Assembly (NCBI RefSeq): GCF_006345805.1
Contig: NW_021833579.1
Coordinates: 1-58,644, forward strand
Direction: 5' to 3'
DNA length: 58,644 nucleotides
DNA from: Octopus sinensis
Lineage: Eukaryota
Shown: positions 51,124-58,644 of the stretch, in pieces
How the letters are laid out: every line of letters begins with the position of its first letter
Numbering within the stretch: position 1 is the first letter of the stretch
The notes under the pieces: model-generated
Database searches by the model: none
What the model saw: only the letters and a program-made list of their open reading frames with translations
What the model was told of the DNA's origin: nothing
Made by a program: the position numbers and the translations under genes

Positions 51124-52490
51124 TGTTTGAGTTTTGCTTTGTATTTGTTCACGTTGACTCCAATTCTCACCCAGAGACAAGTTACAAGTTACAAGTTCAA
51201 GTTCGTGTTAAGACTAGGGTGCCAGTTATTTGGCTTTGCACAAAGTATTGTTTTAGAGAATGTTTAAGAAAACAAAAGAAAATTATAAGTTTGTTTTAAA
51301 ATTTGAGATTACATAGACAGTATTTTAAGTAAAATATGGGCAGTTCCCATGAGCATTATTTTTTGAATTTCTGCCATTTTTTTTATTTCGTGGTATCTGA
51401 GGTATGTAGCGATCAGCCCTTTTTGCTATCATTCCCAGAGTACCAATGACAACAGGTGTTGTTTTAATCTTGAGGCTCCACATTTTGCCAATTTCTATAT
51501 CAAGATCTTTATGCTTGCTCAGTTTTTGGTAGGTCTTGACAGATACATTTATGTCAATTGGGACAGTCATATCGATGAGGCGGCATGATTTTTGTCTGAA
51601 GACCTTCAATATAATGTCTGACCTATTCGCATCTATCCGACAGAAAGTTTGAACGGTGAAGTTCCAGAGGAGTGAGATGCGGTCATTTTCAAGTACTGGA
51701 GATTGCTTGTGTACCCACCAGTTTTTATCATGGGGCAGGTCCAAGTTTTTGCAAATTACCCAGTGAATATACTGTACTGTTCTATCATGCCTGTTGAGAT
51801 ACTCTGTAGGGGCAAGAAGACTGCACATGGAGACAGCATGATCGATGGTTTCATTTTGTTGTTTACATACATGACATGTTGGGCTACTGCCGTTCTTTAA
51901 TATGTTGGCCTGGTAGCTCTTTGTAGGTAGGCATTGATCTTGGGCTGCTATAATAAACCCTTCTGTCTCTGATTTTAAGCCAGAAGACACTAACCATTGA
52001 TGACTAAAGGCTTTGTCAGCATCGGCATTATAAGCTCTCATTGGGTATATATCATTAAGAGGTTTTTCTTGCCATTTATCAGTAAGACTATCTAAGGCAA
52101 CAGTTTTAGCACGGGTTTTCATACGCTTAGTTTTTTCTGTGCTTGTTTTTAATTCCAGGATTTGTTGTGTTTGGAATTCATATAGATATTTCTTTGCCTG
52201 TTTTGTTACTGAGTATGATGCTTTCTTATTTCGTGCTTTAGCACAAGTTTTAACATCCAGTCATCAGAGTTTTTCAGGTAGGTGTTTAGGCCAATTGTGG
52301 CAATCTTCATTATAAATTCCAGCTGTAAATGTCCACGGCCACCCTTTTTCCTTGGCAGGTAAAGTCGTTCTATATCTGCCTTAGGGTGGCCTATTCTATG
52401 CATTGTCAACAATTTTCGTATTTTTTTCTCAAGATTACATATTTCACTAATTGACCAGTTAATAATATTGAAACTAAGTCACAACCGTAT
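51124..52490 (-). mobile_element. R4/Dong lineage B, 5'-truncated
   Basis: ORF 51325-52122 with ETEGFIIAAQDQ, CHVC knuckle and RLE; HPKADIERLYLPRKKGGRG; same 3' end as 12440. Confidence 0.92.
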
Positions 52491-52560
52491 GTCTGATTAT
52501 TATTATTATTATTATTAGTAGTAGTAGTAGTATCATTATTATTGTTGTTGTTGTTGTATT

Positions 52561-53110
52561 AAAACTCACAGCTTATATTGCTGGGTATGATGGAAAGTGT
52601 CAGCTGTCCACACCCAGCAGACTAAGGTGACACTTGTTTTACTGGTCATGCTTCAAGAACCTTGCGAAGAATTCTTGCAGTTCCAAGCAATGCTGATATT
52701 TGTAGGTGTTCTACCTTGACACTTACACTGATCTTTTTCAACCATACTGGTTGTTGAGTGTTGATACTTCCAAGTGTACCAATTACTATTGGTATCACAT
52801 CTACTCTCTCCATTGACCACCTTAAATCGTCCTAGTTGTTTATTATTTCTTCTTTCATATTGATACTGATGTCACCGGTGCATGCTATGTCGATTATCAT
52901 ACATGTTCTTTGTTTTTTATTCACCACAACAATGTCCGGTTTCCGATGTCTGGTCAGGTGAGCGCAGTGGATCATTGCATCCCACAAGATTTTGTAATTC
53001 TCATTTTCGGTGACTCCTTCTGGGGTTTGCTGATGACACATCTTTGCTCTCTGTAGGCTGTAATTTCCACAGAGCTCTCAATGGATCATTCTTGCTACAT
53101 TGTCATGGCG
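52561..53110 (-). mobile_element. R4/Dong RLE 3' fragment (lineage E)
   Basis: ENENYKILWD...RKPDIVVV...IIDIAC; flanked by (ATT)n. Confidence 0.85.
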
Positions 53111-53126
53111 TATATTATTATTATTA

Positions 53127-53198
<72 letters not shown>

Positions 53199-53408
53199 GG
53201 TGGCGAGCTGGCAGAATTGTTGGCACGCTGGACGGAATGCTTAGCGGTATTCCGCCCATCGCTACGTTCTGAATTCAAATTCCACCGAGGTCGACTTTGC
53301 TTTTCATCCTTTGGAGATCGATTAAATAAGTACCAGTTACGCACTGGGGTCGATGTAATTGACTATCTCCTCCCCCAAATTTCAGGCTTTGTGCCTGTAG
53401 TAGAAAGG
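53199..53408 (+). mobile_element. SINE family 1, full length
   Basis: Family-1 consensus within (ATT)n. Confidence 0.92.
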
Positions 53409-53431
53409 ATTATTATTATTATTATTATTAT

Positions 53432-53472
<41 letters not shown>

Positions 53473-53476
53473 TTTA

Positions 53477-53625
53477 ATTCCGCCTTAGCGAAGTTTTCAG
53501 TCGCTTTTGTTTGTTTGACTGTGGATAAGATATCTCAAGATATGTTTGGCCTCGGGACTGGCACGGTCTCATTAGATTTTGGGATCGATCCGGCAGCGGA
53601 AAAGGATTTTGGATCATTTACTATA
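53477..53625 (+). mobile_element. Helentron-associated (HINE/DINE-like) element, 5' piece
   Basis: TCCGCC sub-terminal IR followed by a short (GTTT)n tract; shares GATC..CCGG...AAGGATT.TGGAT with the 54370 piece. Confidence 0.5.
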
Positions 53626-53925
53626 TTTAATTTACATTGCATGATTGCGCTCTTACGTTGACTTTCAAGTCTTTCACAATTATATCCCTTTAGGCTGTTT
53701 CTTAAGTTTTATTTTCGTTTCTCTATTATCAATTTTACTCGCGTCCCTTATTAGAAACTGACGGATAAAGAAATCAAACAACATGAAGAAACAGCAATAG
53801 AAGTGTTCAGAAATTAGATAATACTAACATATTTTTATAATAGATATATTATATATCTTATACATACATATTGACACTTTACAGTATACTTATATATATA
53901 TATATACATACATCTATACATCAGT

Positions 53926-54276
53926 GGAGGCGCAATGGCCCAGTGGTTAGGGCAGCGGACTCGCGGTCGTAGGATCGCGGTTTCGATTCCCAGACCGGGC
54001 GTTGTGAGTGTTTATTGAGCGAAAACACCTAAAGCTCCACGAGGCTCCGGCAGGGATGGTGGTGATCCCTGCTGTACTCTTTCACCACAACTTCCTGTTT
54101 CTGTTGTACCTGTATTTCAAAGGGCCGGCCTTGTCACTCTCTGTGTCACGCTGAATATCCCCGAGAACTGCGTTAAGGGTACACACGTTAAAGCCACTTA
54201 CACGTTAATTTCACGAGCAGGCTGTTCCGTTGATCGGATCAACTGGAACCCTCATCGTCGTAACCGACGGAGTGCT
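53926..54276 (+). mobile_element. tRNA-derived SINE (family 3, possibly tRNA-Arg-related)
   Basis: Head TGGCCCAGTGGTTAGGGCAGCGGACTCG...GTTTCGATTCCC; tail shared with 18622-18800. Confidence 0.88.
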
Positions 54277-54369
54277 TCCACACATCAATTGGTTTGTATT
54301 ACATAAGGATAAACTATTTATTACTATTACTAAATTTTCTACAGCCATCTTTACATTCCATAACTATCA

Positions 54370-54586
54370 TTGGGGTCGATTAGGTACCGGACAAGGATTC
54401 TGGATTATTTTTTCGATTCTTTTAGTTATATTTTGAGAGCGGTCGGGTTCATTTTTAGTAGTCTCGTTTGTGAGAGCAGTCGGGTATATTTCAGATATTT
54501 TCATTTTAAAAACCATCTCTGGCTAATCGTTGAGAGAACGTTGATGTTGCCTTGGCGGAGGTTTGCACTTTCAGAGTGCTCTTGTT
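54370..54586 (+). mobile_element. HINE/DINE-like element, 3' piece
   Basis: GGCGGAGG sub-terminal IR, then hairpin GCACTT-TCA-GAGTGC and a TCTTGTT end. Confidence 0.55.
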
Positions 54587-54610
54587 GTTGTTATTATTAT
54601 TATTATTATT

Positions 54611-54945
54611 GAGTGAGCGAGCAGAGCATGCCATCAAAGTGACACTGGGGTAAAATATACGAAGCCCAGTATACCCATCATGACTACCCGTCTGATAAGG
54701 GTACACCAGGCACATGCATCACAACCATATGTGCGCGACATGGTGATCCCATATCAAGATAAACAGCACATGACCTTGCAGGTGGGGCCCATTTAGAATT
54801 TTCTTCAGATCGAGTAACCCATCCCGCTCAAAAGGTCCCTGAATAAGGGTTGTTTAAGGACGTTGAACGAAAACACCATGTTTCCAGAGGTGAATTATTC
54901 AAACCCCAAAGAATCCTTCTCAACACATGGCTATGATGCTCCCCT
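54611..54945 (-). mobile_element. 550-bp element, 5'-truncated
   Basis: Colinear with 20600-20930. Confidence 0.9.
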
Positions 54946-54966
54946 TATTATTATTATTATATTATT

Positions 54967-55513
54967 GAGTGAGAGAGCAGTTCATGCCATCAAAGTGACA
55001 CTGGGGTAAAATATACGAAGCCCAATATACCCATCATGACTACCCGTCTGATAAAGGTAAACACCCAGGCACATGCATCACAACCATATGTGCGCGACAT
55101 GGGATCTCATATCAAGATAAACAGCACATGACCTTGCAGGTGGGGCCCAGTTAGAATTTTCTTCAGGTGAGTAGCCCATCCCGCTCAAGCGGTCCCTGAA
55201 TAAGGTTGTTTAAGGATGTTGAAAGAACCACCCATGTTTCCAGAGGTGAATTATTCAAACCCCAAAGAATCCCTCTCAACATGGCTATGATGCTCCCCCA
55301 CTACTTCTGCTCTGTGATCAGAGATGCACATATCGTCAGCCACTAAGGGACATGCTCAACTGGTTAAGGTCACACAACTGACAAGCAATCTATGGTATTG
55401 AGCAGAATATTTGCTGTAGCCCATCTTTTATACCAAGACAAAACAATGTACATGATAACACTTCCAATCAGTTAAGATCAGAAGCCATGAGAGCCATTGC
55501 TGGTACTGCATCA
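54967..55513 (-). mobile_element. 550-bp element, near full length
   Basis: Colinear with 20600-21140; (ATT)n on both sides. Confidence 0.9.
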
Positions 55514-55555
<42 letters not shown>

Positions 55556-55595
55556 CATTATTTTATTATGTTGTGGTTGTTATTGTTGTTGTTAA

Positions 55596-55777
55596 GGCGG
55601 CGAGCTGGCAGAATCGTTAGCACACCGAGCGAAATGCTTAGCGATATTTCGTCTGTCGCTACGTTCTGGGTTCAAAATCCGCCGAGGTCGACTGTGCTTT
55701 TCATCCTTTCGGGGTCGATAAATTAAGTACCAGTTATACACTGGAGTCGATGTAATCGACTAGTCCCCTCCCCCAAA
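55596..55777 (+). mobile_element. SINE family 1
   Basis: Family-1 consensus. Confidence 0.9.
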
Positions 55778-58190
55778 GTGGCTGCTCTTGTGGCAGTTCT
55801 TAATTACCAGTTATTCTTTACTTGAAAGCAGGCAATAACAAATCACCAAAGGTTTCAAGTAGTGCCTTCTCCTATGACTCGAAGAGACAATACTCTCCAT
55901 AGAATGCGAGCTGTACCCAACAATGTGTCTTCTGGATCACTTCGAGCCTGACAGCAGTTCCAATATTCTTAATATGTTTTTCAAAGCCCCTGGAAACTGC
56001 GCCTAATGTTCCAGTTATCACCGGTATCGCCATTACTTTCCTCATGCCCCATAACTTTCCTATCTCGTCCCGCAGTATCTGGTATTTCTCAATCTTTTCT
56101 GTTTCCTTACATTCCACCCTCGAATCGCCTGGTATTGTAACGTCTATTGTCTTTACTTCTTTTTCCTCTTTATAGATGAGCACGATATCTGGTCGTCTCC
56201 CCTCTACGACTTGGTCGCACTGCATGTTAAAATCCCAGAGTATTTTGTAATGTTCGTTTTCCATTATTCCCTCTAGCTTGTGTTCATACTATTGTTCGTC
56301 TCTCTCGAGGTTTGCTTTACCGCAGAACAGCCCATGGACATATCTCCTTTCATATTCGCATTGAACGAGCTGGCAGCACTCACTAACAATATGTTTTATA
56401 CTTTTTTCCTTCTCAGAGTATATCCTACACTGTGGCGAGTCAGTGCTTTTATCAATGTAATATTTGGAATAGTTTCTTCTGAGGGCTTGTTATTGAACGC
56501 TGCACACTAATGCCTCAGTGGGCCCTTTTAAGTCTCCTTTATTCAGCCATTGCCAGGTTCTATTCCAATTAATATCATCCTTATTTTTCAAGAACTGACT
56601 GTGCATTTTCTGGGCCTGCCAAATTTTCATCCACTCTCTTTGGTCTTTCTTAAATTGTGTTGGATCTACGGCTTCCTTCACTTTTAAGGTTCCCTGCATG
56701 TTCACTGCTTCAATCATTTCTACTTTACTCTCCTTGACATACCTAGCCAGGCTATTCTCCTCTTCGCTTACACAACCTTTACAACACACCAATCCCCTTC
56801 CTCCTTCTTTCTTCTTTACATACAATCTTGACACATTACTCTTAGGGTGTAGTTCTTTGTTCGTTGTCATTAATTTACCTGTTCTCCGATCTATCTCTTG
56901 TAATTCATGCTTCTTCCAAGATACTATTCCTGCCCTATATCTCATCAAAGTAACAGCCCTCGTATTAATTGCTCTAATCTTATAGCTGCCAATTAGCTTC
57001 GATTGGAGCACAAACCGAGTTCTCCTCAAATACTCTTTCGTGTACATTTCTTTCATCTTGTGTTCATTCATCTTATCTCTTTCAATGATACCCAGGTACT
57101 TCTATCCTTCCTCTCCGACTTTCTTTATGGTTTCATTACTTTCCAACTTGATCCCATGGCTTTTTACTGATTTTCCCCCTTTTGAGAATCATTACACCAC
57201 ATTTCTCGATTCCAGATTCCATGCCAATATCTTTGTTAATCATCTGCACAGTTGCCGTCAAACTCCAAGTTTCTTTCTCAGTCTTAGCGAATAGCTTTAG
57301 GTTATCCATAAACCACAGGATTTTTCTTTCACCCTCCCTAGCATGTACCCCACACGCATCTTTCTTAAAACGCTCGCTAGTGGTAGCAGACAATGAATAG
57401 GAGAAGCAACAGACTATCACCTTGAAAGCTTCCTCTTTTGATATTTACCTCTCCCAGCTTATCTCCCCGTGCTGGGAGTTCAGTTCGCCACATTGTCATT
57501 GAGTTTTGTATATTGTGGGAGACCTTAAGCAGTTTAAGGCATTCAATAATCCACAAGTTTGGGACCATGTCATATGCTTTCCTGTAATCCACCCATGCCA
57601 TCGCCAAATTTTGTATCTCTTCTTGCAGTCAGCCAGGATAGTCTTATCGATTAGTAATTTATCCTTCGTTCCACTGCTCTTACGTCTGCACCATTTTTGT
57701 TCCACTGGTAGCAGGTCGTCTCATCTAGGTACTTATAGATGCTGTTTGATACGATGCCCACATCAGCGGCAAGCAAGATATTGGTCGGAAATTTCCAACC
57801 GCATTATCTTTACTTGGGTCCTTCTGGTATTGCACCGTTCTTCCTTTTGTCATCCAGGCCGGTACTTGGATGTCACTACTCAGTATTTCGTCCATCAGTC
57901 TCGCAATTCTCCTGTGCAGACCTGTCAAGGTTTTAAACTAAAAGCCCTGAACCCCATCTGGGCCAGGCGCTTTCCAATTAGGAATTTTTCTGTACTGATC
58001 ACTAATCATCTCCTCGGTTATTCTCAAATCCTCCTCCTGATAGTCTTCACTCTCCTCTTTGAGTGTCTTTAACCACTCTGCTTCAGGTTCGTGTTGTTTC
58101 TCCTGAAACAATGTTTGACCAGAATCTTTTGCTTTCCTCAGCATCCGAACAGGCTCTTTTTCACCTTTTCCTTTCCCATATATCATCATT
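55778..58190 (-). mobile_element. R4/Dong-clade retrotransposon with RT, knuckle and RLE, decayed (lineage F)
   Basis: NWKAPGPDGVQGF, FRPISCL, WVDYRKAYDMVP, FQGDSL, FMDNLKLF, HPKSNVSRLY, RRPDIV...IDVTIPGD..EKIEKY. Confidence 0.93.
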
Positions 58191-58217
58191 ATTCTTAGTA
58201 TTATTATTATCATTATA

Positions 58218-58251
<34 letters not shown>

Positions 58252-58319
58252 CATTATTTAGATCATTATTATTATTATTATTATATTATTATTATTATTA
58301 TATTATATATTATTATTAA

Positions 58320-58525
58320 GGCAGCAAGCTGACAGAATCATTAGCAACCGGGCGAAATGCTTAGCGGTATTTCGCCTCTCGCCACAGTTTGAGTTCATAT
58401 TCCGCTGAGGTCGACTTTGCTTTTCCTCCTTTGGGGGTCGATAAATTAAGCACCAGTAAAACACTGGGGTTGATGTAATCGACTAATCCCCCTCCCCAAA
58501 TTTCAGGCTTTGTGCTTGTAGTAGA
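58320..58525 (+). mobile_element. SINE family 1
   Basis: Family-1 consensus. Confidence 0.88.
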
Positions 58526-58644
58526 ATTATTATCACTAGCGAACACGTGAATTTTCACGTAATTAATGGTAAACCTATTGGGTTATTTCTGAAAACTTTA
58601 TCCCAAAACACCTGAAAGTGTAGCTGATGTGTCTGTAGGGGAGA

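Noticed and set aside
53926-53998. tRNA gene (also the other tRNA-like heads)
   Set aside because: No proper acceptor stem, and it runs directly into a SINE body found elsewhere in the window.

Overview
AT-rich eukaryotic intergenic or intronic DNA made almost entirely of microsatellites and transposable elements. The SINE families and (TA)n/(AAT)n/(GAA)n/(ATAG)n load suggest a coleoid cephalopod such as Octopus (inference, not searched). I found no intact host gene, and nearly all listed ORFs are microsatellite artefacts. Contents: about nine fragments of R4/Dong-type RLE non-LTR retrotransposons, mostly in (AAT)n tracts; a ~550-bp non-coding (AAT)n-targeted retroposon (7 pieces); several tRNA-derived SINE families; two near-complete DD34D mariner copies; two mariner derivatives made of two left ends; an RTE fragment; Helentron-like (HINE) pieces; and a Penelope-like GIY-YIG fragment. 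About ten hammerhead-ribozyme-like motifs occur, many inside long palindromes and one inside a 334-bp retrozyme-like repeat. The best novelty candidate is 13521-17064: two diverged, head-to-tail ~1.76-kb elements that encode only an ORF1/Gag-like CCHC protein plus an unrecognised C-terminal domain, with no RT. Each ends in AATAAA plus an A-rich tail, and every junction carries the 11-bp motif AGTTNACASCG. All calls were made by eye and boundaries are approximate.
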